Source of the DNA: an uncultured Gemmataceae bacterium
GTDB taxonomy: Bacteria; Planctomycetota; Planctomycetia; Gemmatales; Gemmataceae
Direction: 5' to 3'
Assembly: GCA_963750165.1 (NCBI GenBank)
Contig: CAVVPN010000003.1
Location: forward strand, 1,504,001 to 1,568,000
Length of the DNA: 64,000 nt
A model generated the notes under the pieces. It had not been told where the DNA came from and searched no databases. It saw nothing but the letters and a program-made list of their open reading frames with translations. The position numbers and the translations under genes were made by a program. This document shows, one piece after another, positions 41,224 to 53,771 of this stretch (positions within the stretch are counted from its first letter, which is position 1; each line of letters opens with the position of its first letter).

Positions 41224-41892
41224 TTACTGCTTGCCCAGCAGCAGGTCAACCGCCCAGCACCCGCGGATGTGCGGCCCCGGCTGCCGGCAATGGTTCAGCA
41301 GTTCGGCGTCGGTGCAGCCGGCTTCTTCCAGGGCGTCCGCCAGGACGGGTAACCGGCTGAAGTTGCGGTCCTCGTACATCGCCTGGGCCAACCGGGGGAT
41401 CGTGTTATCGTTCCAGGTCAGCCAGGCATCGTTGACGACCTGAAGCTTGAACGGGTTGCCGAACACCTCGCGGAGCAAGTCGCATTGGGTCCGCTGCTCA
41501 ATAACCTGGCGTGTCGGGTCGGGATGTAAATCATCGTTCAAACGGACGATGCTCAGGGCAGACGTCACAGGCCTTGTCAACGGATCAGAATCCCAAGGGG
41601 AATGACTTACAAAAATGTCCGAGGCCATCTGAACCACTTGATCGCCTAACCCCAATTCGTGAGAAGGATTACTATCCCACGCTTTTCGCAGTTCGTCCAG
41701 GCTCGCTTCATGTTCCGCAAAGCGTTCGACCGTCTCCACCAATTTCCAGCCGTATTCTGCGCTGAGAAGGTGTCCGGTGCGGCGGCAACAGGCCATCAGG
41801 AAGAGCAGCCATTTGCGGTCGCTGCCAATGCCGGCAAGTTGCAGGACCATGCCATCCGGCACGGTACAGGTCTGCCATTCAGGTTCCGTCAT
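41224..41892 (-). CDS. Gemmataceae-type expanded-family protein (often labelled SMI1/KNR4)
   Basis: MTEPEW, SDRK..LF..ACCRR, LLREVFGNPF, LPVLADALEEAGC, H.RGCWAVDLLLGK; lower GC. Confidence 0.8.
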   Translation of the reverse strand: MTEPEWQTCTVPDGMVLQLAGIGSDRKWLLFLMACCRRTGHLLSAEYGWKLVETVERFAEHEASLDELRKAWDSNPSHELGLGDQVVQMASDIFVSHSPWDSDPLTRPVTSALSIVRLNDDLHPDPTRQVIEQRTQCDLLREVFGNPFKLQVVNDAWLTWNDNTIPRLAQAMYEDRNFSRLPVLADALEEAGCTDAELLNHCRQPGPHIRGCWAVDLLLGKQ

Positions 41893-42165
41893 GCGAGAAT
41901 CCTTGTTGAAAATGTTACGCTGGTCCACGGCAACGACCCAGCGCCGTCTGCGGTCAGCGTCGTGCAGGCACACGCAAAACTCGTGTAAATCCGGGCACAC
42001 GACGGCGGCGGTCAAAAGTTCGCGCAGGCGCGTCTCGTTGACGATGCCACGTACTTTTTTCGCGACCCATGACGGAACCACACCGAAGCGTGCCCGCGCC
42101 GCGATCAGGAGACACTCCTGTCCCTGCTTTGCCAAAAGGCGTCTGAGCAAGGGCGAGTCAATCAT
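41893..42165 (-). pseudogene. Rpn/DUF4351-like C-terminal fragment, in frame with the next gene
   Basis: MIDSPLLRRL...RARFGVVP...RLRELL..AVVCPDLHEF. Confidence 0.45.
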
Positions 42166-42295
42166 GGCAGGTGATCTCCGGTTCCCAGATCGTACTCGGC
42201 CGGCGACGACGGCGGCAAACCTATTTCGGCGATTGCACCCTCCGCACGCTCCTGGTATCGTCACCACCACCGCTCAACTACCCGGAGAACCCGCC

Positions 42296-42958
42296 ATGCG
42301 CCGCCGTCTCTGCCTCATCCTGCTGTCGCTGACCTGCCTCGCCCTGCCGGCCGCCCGCGGCGGCGCCCAGCAGCCCAACCGCTGGGAAAGCACCATCGCC
42401 GCCTTCGAGAAGAGCGACGCCCAGAAACCGCCGCCGCAGAACGCCGTCCTGTTCGTCGGCAGTTCCACCATTCGCATCTGGGACCTGCCGAAATCCTTCC
42501 CCGACGTGCAGACGATCAACCGCGGCTTCGGCGGTTCGCAGATCGCGGATGTCGTTCACTTCGCGCCGCGCATCATCGCCAGGTACAAACCGCGCATCAT
42601 CGTCTTTTTCTCCGGCGACAACGACATCAACGCCAAAAAGACGCCGGAGCAGGTCGCGGCCGACTTCCAGAAGCTGGCGGATTTCGTGCGCAAGGAACTG
42701 CCGCAGACGAAGCTGATCGTGCTGTCGATCAAGCCGAGTCCGAGCCGCTGGAAGCTCTACGACAAGATGAAGCAGGCCAACCAGCTGATCGCGGCCATCG
42801 CCAGGAAGACGCCGAACGTGACCTGGGTGGACGTGGGCTCGAAGTTGCTGGGCGCCGACGGCATGCCGCGGCCGGAGTTCTACGCCAAGGACGGGCTGCA
42901 CCTCAACGCGGAGGGCTACCGCGTCTGGTCCAACGTGGTGCGGCCGTTGTTGAAGTGA
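42296..42958 (+). CDS. Secreted SGNH/GDSL hydrolase
   Basis: FVGSST, NRGFGGS, GDND, DGLH blocks. Confidence 0.93.
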   Translation: MRRRLCLILLSLTCLALPAARGGAQQPNRWESTIAAFEKSDAQKPPPQNAVLFVGSSTIRIWDLPKSFPDVQTINRGFGGSQIADVVHFAPRIIARYKPRIIVFFSGDNDINAKKTPEQVAADFQKLADFVRKELPQTKLIVLSIKPSPSRWKLYDKMKQANQLIAAIARKTPNVTWVDVGSKLLGADGMPRPEFYAKDGLHLNAEGYRVWSNVVRPLLK

Positions 42959-43262
42959 GTCCAGGGCGGGCCTGCTCCTGGCCCAGCAACAGGTCCGCCC
43001 CGTCTCTGCCTTTTCTCCGCGTTCTCCGCGTTCTCCGCGGTGAAATCCCGCCCATCCCCCCGGCAAGTTCGCATCGTCCTTTTCGCCGGCCTTGGGTATA
43101 GTGAAGCGACCTGGGGATCCCAACCCCGGGCGACGGCCGTTCGACCCCTCTGGTGGATTTTCCCACCGCCGCGACACCGCCGCCGGGCCGACCGGGTATC
43201 CGCAGGTGAATGGCCAGCGCCGCGCTGGCGGTCGCCCCTGTCCTTTGCGAAGGAGTTGGTGC

Positions 43263-44910
43263 ATGTCCAAGCGCTGGTTCTCATGCCTGCCCGTGCTGGT
43301 CCTGCTGGCGGCCCCTGCGGCCGCGGTCCGGGCCGACCAGCCGAAGCAGGATTCTCCGAGTCTCGTTGTCCGCCTCCGTTCGCTCGACGCCACTGTCGAG
43401 GCCGTCCGCCTCGTGTTCAATCCGCTGCTCAAGCAGGACGTGGCGGGCATGCTGGACGACTTCGTCAAGTCCAAACTCGGCCCCGACGGCCTGAAGGGCA
43501 TTGACGCCAAACGCCCCATCGGCCTGTATGGCAAGGTCACTGCCGACCTGGCCAAGCTGAACGGCGTGCTCCTGCTGCCGGTCAGCGACGAGAAGGACTT
43601 CCTGACCACGCTGGACAACCTCAATTTCAAGGCCGAGAAGGACGCCACCGGCCTGTACACCATCAAGCAAAACGTCCTGCCCACGGACGTGTATTTCCGC
43701 TTCGCCAACCAGTACGCCTACCTGTCCCTCGGCAACGCCGAGGCGGTGGACGCGAACCGCCTCGTCCACCCGCGCGACCTTTTTCTCCGGGAAATGACCG
43801 GGGTGCTGTCGGTCAGCCTGCTCCTGGAGAACGTGCCCGAGGCGGACAGGGACAAGCTCCGGCAGAAGCTGGATCAGAAACTGGCGGACATGCTCGCCAA
43901 ACAGGTCGGCGGCGAGTCCAAGGCCCAGGAAGCGTTCCGCTTCGCCCTGGTCCGCGAGGTGCAGAAGCAGCTGACCGCGGCCATCAAGGACGGCAAGGAA
44001 CTGTCGATCGACCTCGACGTGAACAGGCAGACGGAACAGCTCACGGTGGACCTGAAGCTGACGGCCCGGTCGGACACCGACCTGGCGAAAACCATCGCCG
44101 GCATCAGCGCGGCGAAAAGCCAGTTCGGCGGTCTGCTGCACCGGGACGCCGCCATGAACGTGCTGGTCAACGTCCAGCTGCCCGAGAAGCTGCGTGAGGC
44201 CCTGAACCGCGTCATTGAGGAGGGCGGCAAGAAGGCCATTGAGGAGACCCGCGAAGATGCCAAGAAGGGGCAGGTGACCAGGCTGCTGAAGGCGCTGATG
44301 CCGTCGCTGCAAGGCGGCGAGCTGGACGCGGCGATCAGCCTGCGCGGTCCGAGCATCGAGAAGACCTACACGCTGGTCGCCGGGGTCAAGCTGCGCGAGG
44401 TCGGGGAGCTGACGAAAACGCTCTTCGCGCTGCTCAAGGAACTGCCGGCGACCGAGCAGAAGTTGCTCAAACTGAACGCGGACAAGGAAGGCACCGTGGC
44501 CATCCACCGCCTGGAGATCAACAAGTCCTTCGACCCGGCGACGAAGGCGGCGTTCGGCGACAACCCGCTGTATTTCGCCTTCCGCGAGGATGCGATATTC
44601 GTGGCCCTGGGTGACGACGGCCTGGCGGCGCTCAAGGGGCGCTGCGGCGCCGGCCGTGGCGGGGCCGCCGTTGCAATTCGAGATGTCGCTCGGCCGCATG
44701 GCGCAGGTGTTCGCCAAAACGGCCGCCGACAAGAAGCGGGCGGAAGCGCTGCTGCGCGAGGGCAAGAACGATCGGCTGCGCGTGACGCTGGCGGGCGGCG
44801 AGGCGCTGCGGGTGCGCCTGGAACTGCACCTGTCGGTGCTGCAAACGTTTGCCCAGCTGGGCGCCGCGGCGCCCGCCGAGAAGGGAGAGAAGAAGGGTAA
44901 GGAAAAATAG
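43263..44910 (+). CDS. Secreted hypothetical protein (frameshift near 44640)
   Basis: Signal peptide and RBS AGGAG; continues in the frame of ORF 44590-44910. Confidence 0.7.
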
Positions 44911-45109
44911 GGGCGGGCCGGCGGCGGCCGGTCTTGTGACCTATGTTGGAGTTGGGGCCGGATCGGCCCAGGGACGAGCCGCGTCCCGGGCCTCAGCAAC
45001 CGAAGAGAAGAGGCAATCGGTTGCCTTTGCGACCGTCAGGCGCGACCGCACGTCGGGCCTGACGGTCGGTTTTTTCCCGGACTCGCTCGACGTGTCCGCG
45101 ACGGTTGAC

Positions 45110-45200
45110 TGACCGTCACGGATGGTGGGGCGGGCAATCTCAACTGGGCCGATCTTTACGCCGAAGGCGTAAAAACCCGCCCCACCATCCGTGACGGTCA
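45110..45200. repeat. REP-like hairpin
   Basis: TGACCGTCACGGATGGTGGGGCGGG...CCCGCCCCACCATCCGTGACGGTCA. Confidence 0.75.
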
Positions 45201-45320
45201 GGGTTTATAGCTGCACATGCTGGCGTTCCGACAGTTCTGGTTTTGCGGCCAGGAGGGCACCAAGTGCCGCGAGCCCTTGTTTGCACGCCGACGGGTCAAA
45301 CGCGATCGTGGCGAACTCTT

Positions 45321-45626
45321 TCATGTGGTGGAACCTTCGGGAACGCCATGAAAGCGGCGCAGCGCCTCTTCCGTGAAGATGGACAGCACCGTCACCTGGT
45401 CGTCGGCTACCTTGAAGACCACGATGTAATCGGTCCCCGGGCGGAGAGCATAGACCCCTTCGTCGGCCTCCAGGAGTATGGAGTGGGAGCGGACATAGTC
45501 GTCGTCCCGCCAGTGCCGCAGGCGCTCGAACCGCTCATCAATGAGACGCCGGTCTTGCTCACTCAGCGTGTCGTAGGCGATCTCCGCCTGTCCTGCCAGT
45601 TGCAACTTCATTAACGCTTCAGCCAT
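45321..45626 (-). CDS. RelE/ParE-like small protein
   Basis: About 100 aa; A...YDTL...DRRLI...L...VYALR..TDYIVVFKV....VTVLSI topology. Confidence 0.55.
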   Translation of the reverse strand: MAEALMKLQLAGQAEIAYDTLSEQDRRLIDERFERLRHWRDDDYVRSHSILLEADEGVYALRPGTDYIVVFKVADDQVTVLSIFTEEALRRFHGVPEGSTT

Positions 45627-45639
45627 AATCTCCACCTGG

Positions 45640-46182
45640 TTATCTCAGCCCCGGCCGACGCCGCCGACACAGCGGCGGGTCAAACACTTCGCGCAGCACA
45701 ATCGCCGTACGCACCAGTTTCGGGTTGCGGAGCAACTTGGTCAAGCTCACCCCACCGCCCAGGGCCGCCGCCACCACGGGAGCCGGCACCCCGGCAACCG
45801 GCAGAACCGGTATCGACGCCAGCGGTTGGGGGACCACCGGCACCGGCAGCACGACCGGGAGCGGAGGCGGCGGCGCCTCACGCAGCACGGTCGGAAGGGG
45901 TGAGGCCGAAGGCGGCGGAGCCGGGGGCAGCGGCGGCAGCACCCGCGGTTCCAGCAGGGGCGGCGGCTTGACGGCCTCCTGGGCCTGCTGCTGGCGGCGA
46001 CGGTTCAACTCTTCCAGAAAGCGCTCCACCTCGGCGCTGGAACGCGGCGTCCGCGGCGGCCCCACGCGCAGCGGCGGCTGGGGCGGCGGCGGCGGTCGGC
46101 GGGCGTCCTGCGGCGCTCGCGCCAGGCCGCTCAGGATCACCACGATCACGATCACCATCGGGATCACCCACATCCACTCCAT
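45640..46182 (-). CDS. Pro-rich membrane-anchored protein downstream of floA
   Basis: N-terminal TM, VERFLEE, C-terminal AIVLREVFDPPL.RR (YqfB-like position). Confidence 0.75.
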   Translation of the reverse strand: MEWMWVIPMVIVIVVILSGLARAPQDARRPPPPPQPPLRVGPPRTPRSSAEVERFLEELNRRRQQQAQEAVKPPPLLEPRVLPPLPPAPPPSASPLPTVLREAPPPPLPVVLPVPVVPQPLASIPVLPVAGVPAPVVAAALGGGVSLTKLLRNPKLVRTAIVLREVFDPPLCRRRRPGLR

Positions 46183-46200
46183 GCTCGGCCTCCTCGCGGG

Positions 46201-47259
46201 TCAGGGGTTGGAGTTGCGGTTGTCGGGGCGGTCGCGCGGGCCGCCGCCGGCGATGGAGTTGCGCATGTCGGTGTCCGATTGCAGATTACGCAGGTTGTAA
46301 TAGTCCATGACGCCGAGCCGGCCGTCCTTGAACGCATGGGCGATGGCCAGCGGCACCTCGGCCTCGGCCAGCACCACCTTGGCGCGGTTCTCCTCCACCA
46401 GCGCCTTCATCTCCTGCTCCTGGGCCACGGCCAGGGCGCGGCGCTTCTCCGCCTGGGCCTGGGCCACCTGCAAATCCGCCTTGGCCTGGTTCGCCTGCAA
46501 CTCAGCGCCGATGTTGGCGCCCACGTCGATCTCGGCCACGTCGATCGAGACGATCTCGAACGCCGTCTGCGAGTCGAGTGAGTTCTTCAGCACCGCCTGC
46601 GAAATCTGGTTCGGGTTGGCCAGCACATCGGTGTGGTGCTCGGCGCTGCCGATGGCCTTGACGATGCCCTCGCCGACGCGGGCAATGATGGTCTCCTCGG
46701 TGGCGCCGCCGACCAGGCGGTCGAGCTTGGTTCGCACTGTCACGCGAGCGCGGGCACGCAACTGGATGCCGTTCTTGCACACACCGTCCAGTGTCGATTT
46801 GCCGCGCGTCGGGTCCGGGCAGTCGATCACCTTGGGGTTGACGCTGGTTTTCACCGCGTCGAGCACATCGCGGCCGGCGAGGTCGATCGCCGCCGCGGTG
46901 CGCCACGGCAGGTCCATGCCGGCCTTGTGCGCCGCGATCACTGCAGTCGAGACCTTCGGCACGTTGCCGCGCGACAGGTAGTGCGCTTCCATGTCCTGCG
47001 TCGAAACCTTGACGCCGGCCTGAATCAGCGCGATCTTCTGGCGCACGATCATCGCGTAATCGACGTTTCGCAGCTTCATGCCCAGCAGGTCCAGAATGCT
47101 GATCTTGGCACCCGTCAGCAGACACTGGATCCACAGGCGCACGAAACTGAAGAAGACAATCAGGAAAAAGATGCCCACCAGCAGTAGCACGCCGGCAAGG
47201 ATCAACAGACCGTAATTGTTCCAGAGCTCATTCTGGGCCTGGGCTAACAGCGGACTCAT
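46201..47259 (-). CDS. floA: Flotillin-like protein FloA (YqfA/UPF0365)
   Basis: [62 protein letters not shown]. Confidence 0.93.
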   Translation of the reverse strand: MSPLLAQAQNELWNNYGLLILAGVLLLVGIFFLIVFFSFVRLWIQCLLTGAKISILDLLGMKLRNVDYAMIVRQKIALIQAGVKVSTQDMEAHYLSRGNVPKVSTAVIAAHKAGMDLPWRTAAAIDLAGRDVLDAVKTSVNPKVIDCPDPTRGKSTLDGVCKNGIQLRARARVTVRTKLDRLVGGATEETIIARVGEGIVKAIGSAEHHTDVLANPNQISQAVLKNSLDSQTAFEIVSIDVAEIDVGANIGAELQANQAKADLQVAQAQAEKRRALAVAQEQEMKALVEENRAKVVLAEAEVPLAIAHAFKDGRLGVMDYYNLRNLQSDTDMRNSIAGGGPRDRPDNRNSNP

Positions 47260-47334
47260 CTGGGTTCTCCCCTCAGGGTTGGTGTATCGCATTTCTCCCC
47301 TCGCCCCCTTCAGGGGGCGAGGGGAGCAGGACAT

Positions 47335-47871
47335 TTACGTGAACCGCATCGTCTCCAGGTTGTTCAGGTCGGGCGGCCGGTCCACCGGGCGGACGACGAC
47401 ACGGCCGGCCCGCACGTCGATACAGACCACCCATCGGCCCGGCTCGATCAACTCGCCCTCGCTGACGGTGTCGATGCGGCGGCCGTCGAACTCCGTGGTG
47501 CCGCTTGGCCGCAGCGCCGAGACAGTGCGGCCGTAGCGGCCGCGCAGGTTCTCCAGTTCCAGGTTGACCGGCATGTTCGCCAACGTGTCGTCCTCCGGCG
47601 GGTTGGCCAGGAACAGCCGCCGACCCAGGGGCGTCTGCGGCCAGACGCGGAGCACCAGGGTTGAGAAGAGCGGGATCGCCACGAACACCGCCACGAGCGT
47701 CACCAGCCCGGTTTCGTGGCTGCCGCTGGTGAACGTCATAACCAGGCCGACGATCAGCGCACCGATGCCCAGCACGAACAGCACGCCGGTCGTCGGAATG
47801 AACAGCTCGGCCAGCATGAGCAGCAGGCCCAGGCCGATCAGCACGAACGCGATCAGCAGCGGGGTGTCCAT
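47335..47871 (-). CDS. NfeD family protein (short form)
   Basis: TM helices plus OB-fold G.TVSALRPSG...RIDTVSEG. Confidence 0.88.
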   Translation of the reverse strand: MDTPLLIAFVLIGLGLLLMLAELFIPTTGVLFVLGIGALIVGLVMTFTSGSHETGLVTLVAVFVAIPLFSTLVLRVWPQTPLGRRLFLANPPEDDTLANMPVNLELENLRGRYGRTVSALRPSGTTEFDGRRIDTVSEGELIEPGRWVVCIDVRAGRVVVRPVDRPPDLNNLETMRFT

Positions 47872-49934
47872 TTACACCTCTTTCACGACAATCCGATTGC
47901 CCTCGATCTCGATCACCTGAACACGACTGCCGGGGTTGACATAATCGCCCTCGGCGATCACGTCGAGGTAGTCGTCGCCAAAGCGGGCCTTGCCGGCCGG
48001 CCGCAGCGTCGTCGCCGCCACGCCGATGGCGCCCAGTAAAGCCGCGGCGGCGCTGTGGGCCGCGTCCGCCCGCGCCGCCTCTTCCGCGTCGCTCGGTGGT
48101 GCCAGCACCAGCCGGCTGACGTACGGGATGTTCGGCAGGAACCACGCAATAATCATCGCACCGATGAACGCCCCCACCAGGCTGCCGCTGAACCACATCA
48201 TCTTCGTGCCCAGGTCGTACCAGTCGCTGCCGGTCGCCGGGAACTTTTCGAGCGTCACCAGCGCCAGGCTGGCCAGGATGAGCAGGACGCCGCTGATACC
48301 CGGCACACCGGAGCCCGGCAGCACGAAGATTTCCAGCACCAGCATCGCCAGGCCCAAAATGAACAGCAGGATCGCCAGCATCGTGAACTGGCCGACGAAC
48401 GAGTACGCCCAGAAGAACAGCACGAAGCAGATCGCGGCGATGACGCCCGGGATGGTGATGCCCGGCGCCTTGAACTCCAGGATCAGGCCGGCGATGCCGA
48501 CCATGACCAGCAGGGCCATCACCCACGGCTGGCGGATAAACTCCGCAACGGCGCTCATCCAGTCGCCCTTGAGCGTCGTCACCTGCTCCGGCTTGATGTC
48601 ATAGCGACCGTACAGCTCGTTGAGCGCCTCCACGTTGTCGTAGCGCACGACGCCAGCCTCGCGGGCGGCCCTGGCGGTCAGCGGCTCGAACTTCTCCGGC
48701 CCCAGCACGTCCGCGAACGCCTCCGCCTTGAAACCGGCCCCCTCCGCGAACCGGGTCAGCGCCAGCCGCTTGACCTTGAGCGCGTCCTCCTTCTCGTTCT
48801 TCAGGTACGCGAAGTCGGCCAGCACCGCCTTGCTGGACATGACGATTTCGGAGCAGCCCAAAGCCAGGTACGTCGCCGCGCCCAGCCGGCGCTCCGGCGG
48901 CACATAGGCGATGGTCCGCACCGGGGCGCCCGTCCGGTCCTTCAGTTCGCGCAGCTTGACGGCGGCGTGGAACGCCTTGGTGGTGTCGCCGCCGTGCGAG
49001 TCCAGGTAGAGGACGATGACGTTGGCACCACGGCCAACGGCGTCATGCAAGCTGCGGTCCAGCCAGCCCAGGCGCTCGTCGTCCACGGTGCCGACGAACT
49101 CGATACAGAACGGCACCATGCTACGGTCCAGCAACAGCACCTCGCGGCCCAGGTACGGCAGCAGGTTCTTGCGCCGACCAGGCTGTCCAGCGTCTCGCAG
49201 GAGTCGCCGGTCAGGTCGTAGCGGCGGGCCTGCTCCCAGGTCAGTAGCGGACTGGGCGGGTCCGCCTCCGGGTCGCCGAGGGCGGTGAACGGCTTCTTGC
49301 CCTCGGCGGCGGCCTGTTTCACCCGGCCCAGGCTGACGTACTGCTTGCCGCCATTGTCGGTCTTGACCGGCACCAGCACCGTGTTGCCGTCGCGCAGCTT
49401 GAGCACGGCGTCCGGCGATGGCTTGAGGTCGGCGAGCTTCTGGAACGACACGTCCGCCTCCGCCGGCACCATCTTGCCGCCGCCGAGGTTGCCCAGCTTC
49501 GCTCCCTTGGCCATGACGATCTCGTCACACGCCAGCACCGGCAGGATGCTGTAACCGCTGACCTCGTTGCGCAGGTAGGCGATGGTCTTGATCTGTCGCT
49601 TACCCACCAGCTCCGGGTCGTGCATTTTCTGGACGGTGTTCTTCAACGAGATGCACGGCCCGGGCGCGCTGGTCGTGCTGGGCTGGCCGTTGGGGTTGAA
49701 GTCGAAAATGACGACCTCGATCTTGCGGCCCTCGCGCTCGATGGCGTGGCGGACCGCCCGCTCCAGCTGGGCGTAGGTTTCGCCGCCGATGACATTGGGC
49801 ACGGGCAGCACCAGGCCGTCCTGTTTGCCGCCCTGGGCGCGCACCGCGCTGGGGACCGCCAGGGCCAGCAGCAGCGCGGCGAATCCCAGCCACGGGAGGC
49901 CGGGAGAGTGAGCGCGAAGGAAGACTGCGGCCAT
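47872..49934 (-). CDS. Long NfeD with ClpP/crotonase-like domains (frameshift near 49172)
   Basis: LDSHGG, ALGCSEIVM, EFKAPG, LRPAGKA; ORF 48942-49934 supplies the signal peptide and first domain. Confidence 0.85.
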
Positions 49935-50269
49935 GAGAAACCCTCACCGACAGGGGTAGCGTCACCGGTCTCCCGGACGGCTCCGGCAGCGGACGGCGAC
50001 GTTGGCATCAGGAACGTCCGTGGTGGCTCGGAGGTACGTCCTTTTTTGAGCCGGTATGAGAGTGCGCGAGAAACTCAACCAAATTATAAAGGGGGTAGGG
50101 GGGGAAAGCAAAGTTTCACCCCGCGCCACTCTGCCGGCACCTCCCCTATGTGATTCGCCTTTGGGGCTCGCGGATTGTCGAAAAGCGTCGCGCCGCGGCC
50201 GCGCTTGACAGCGCCCGGCGGAATCCCCACAAAGAAGGGAGGATCGCCGCACCGCACCCGGGAGCTTGC

Positions 50270-51468
<1,199 letters not shown>

Positions 51469-51472
<4 letters not shown>

Positions 51473-52317
51473 ACGCCGTCGATGCCCTCTTCCGCCGCCT
51501 GCGCGCGACCGGGCGCAAGGCGTTCATCCCGTTCGTGACCGCCGGCGACCCGGACCTGGCGACAACGGCGGCGCTGCTGTGCGAACTCGCGGCCCGCGGC
51601 GCCAGCCTGATCGAAGTCGGCTTCCCCTACAGCGACCCCATCGCCGACGGCGCCGTCATTCAGGCGTCGTACACGCGCGCCCTGGAGCGCGGCCTGAAAC
51701 TGCGCGACGTGTTCGGCTGCCTGCGGTCGTTTGCCGCTGCCCCCGTCCCCCTGGTCGGCATGGTGTCGTACTCACTGGTACACCACCGCGGCCTCGAATC
51801 GTTCCTCGACGACGCCCAGGCCGCCGGCCTCAGTGGCGTCATCGTGCCGGACCTGCCCGTGGAGGAGGCGGACGACCTGATCGCGCGGACGGCTGCGCGC
51901 GACTTCAAGCTCATCCAGTTGGTGACCCCGACGACGCCGCGCGACCGCGCCCGCCGCATCGCCCAGACCTCGACCGGCTTCCTGTACTGTGTCAGCGTCA
52001 CCGGCATCACCGGCGAGCGCGACCAACTGCCGGACGAACTGCTCGACCAGTTGCGCTGGCTGCGCGGCGAGACGGAGTTGCCGCTGTGCGTCGGCTTCGG
52101 CGTCAGCCGGCCGGAGCACGTGCGCATGCTGCGCGACGCGGTGGACGGCGTTATTGTCGGCAGCGCCCTGGTGCGGCGGCTGGAGCAGATCGGCAGCCGG
52201 CCGGCCGCGGACGTGGTGCGCGAGATGGGCGACCTGTGCCAGTCTCTGAATGAGGCGCTGAACGATCCTTCTTGCTCCCCTCGCCCCCCCCTTCAGGGGG
52301 AGAGGGGTCGGGGGTGA
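51469..52317 (+). CDS. trpA: Tryptophan synthase alpha chain
   Basis: [36 protein letters not shown] overlap with trpB. Confidence 0.97.
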
Positions 52318-52467
52318 GGAGGCCCTTTCCCGGCGGCGCCCCCCCAAAAAATAAGCTACTGTAGAAACAAGGTTCGAGGAGGAAGCGGGCCGGAGGGGGA
52401 TGCTGCGCCCTTTGGGGAACCCACGCCGCGCCCGGCGTGAATCGATGCTGAATGGATTGAGAGGCTC

Positions 52468-53652
52468 ATGCCTATCGTCTCCAGCGGCGGCCTGATGGAC
52501 GCGCTGCGGCGCTACGAGGTGCTGCCCCGGGATCAGCTGGCCCAGTTGCCACACCTGATTAACGGGCGGTGCAGCGACGTGCGCCCGTTGGCCCGCTACT
52601 TCGTGCAGAAGGGCTGGCTGACGGTCTATCAAGTGAATCAGTTGCTGGCCGGCCACGGCGCCGACCTGGTGCTGGGGCCGTACCTCATCCTCGACCGCCT
52701 CGGCCAGGGCGGCCAGAGCCTGGTGTTCAAGGCCCGCCACCGCGAACACGACTGGATCGTCGCGCTCAAGGTCATCCGCTCCGAGCTGGCATCCAGTCCC
52801 GAGGCGGGCGAACAGTTCCTCCAGGAAATGGAGGCCATGGCCCGGCTCGACCATCCGAACATCGTCCAGTTCTGCGACGCCGACATCGCCGCTGGCACCT
52901 TTTACTGCGCGATGCAGTTCATTGAGGGCAGCGACCTGGCCAAGGTGGTGAGCCTGTCCGGCGTGATGTCGCCGCCGCGCGCCGCGGAGTGCGTCCGCCA
53001 GACTGCGCTGGGGTTGCAGCACGCCTTCGAGAATAACCTCATCCACCGCGACATCAAGCCGCACAACCTGTTCCTGACCACGCCGACCAGCACGAGCCCC
53101 GGCCAGGTCATCATCCTCGACTGGGGCCTGGCGTGCCTGCGACCGCCGGGCGGCGGCCACGAAACGCACAACCCGATCAAGGCCGTCATCGGCACCGCGG
53201 ACTACCTCTCGCCCGAGCAGGCCCGCAACGCCAATCGTGTGGACATCCGCGGCGACATTTACAGCCTGGGCTGCACGCTGTACTTCCTGCTAACGGGGCA
53301 GCCGCCGTTCCCCGGCGGTACGCTGCTGCAAAAACTGTTGCAGCACCAGAACGCGGAGCCGCCACCGGTGGAGTCGATCCGCGCGGACGTGCCGGCGGGC
53401 CTGGTCGCGGGGCTGAAGCGCATGATGGCCAAGAAGGCGGAGGAGCGCTTCCAGACGCCGGCGTCGGTGGCGCTGGCGCTGCGGCCGTTCTGCCAGCCGG
53501 AGCTGCAGGGCGACGGCAAGTCTGGCCTGCTGGTGCGCCCGAAACTGCCGCCGCGGCCCGCGCCGCGCGCCGCCGACACGCCGATGCCGCTCGGCCTCGG
53601 CGGTTCACCCATCCCTCCCGCCGCCCGTGCCGGCCACGTCACGCCGCAATAG
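52468..53652 (+). CDS. Ser/Thr protein kinase
   Basis: LGQGG, VALK, HRDIKPHN, DWG, GTADYLSPEQ, DIYSLG. Confidence 0.95.
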   Translation: MPIVSSGGLMDALRRYEVLPRDQLAQLPHLINGRCSDVRPLARYFVQKGWLTVYQVNQLLAGHGADLVLGPYLILDRLGQGGQSLVFKARHREHDWIVALKVIRSELASSPEAGEQFLQEMEAMARLDHPNIVQFCDADIAAGTFYCAMQFIEGSDLAKVVSLSGVMSPPRAAECVRQTALGLQHAFENNLIHRDIKPHNLFLTTPTSTSPGQVIILDWGLACLRPPGGGHETHNPIKAVIGTADYLSPEQARNANRVDIRGDIYSLGCTLYFLLTGQPPFPGGTLLQKLLQHQNAEPPPVESIRADVPAGLVAGLKRMMAKKAEERFQTPASVALALRPFCQPELQGDGKSGLLVRPKLPPRPAPRAADTPMPLGLGGSPIPPAARAGHVTPQ

Positions 53653-53683
53653 AACAGCTGCCGACGTTCCCGACAAACCTTCT

Positions 53684-53753
53684 CGGCGAGCGGCGCGGCG
53701 TCAGCCCGCCGGTAACTTGAAGTACCGGCGGGCTGACGCCGCGCCGCTCGCCG
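53684..53753. repeat. REP-like perfect hairpin
   Basis: CGGCGAGCGGCGCGGCGTCAGCCCGCCGGTA...TACCGGCGGGCTGACGCCGCGCCGCTCGCCG. Confidence 0.85.
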
Positions 53754-53771
53754 CACCACGGGGAAACCGCC

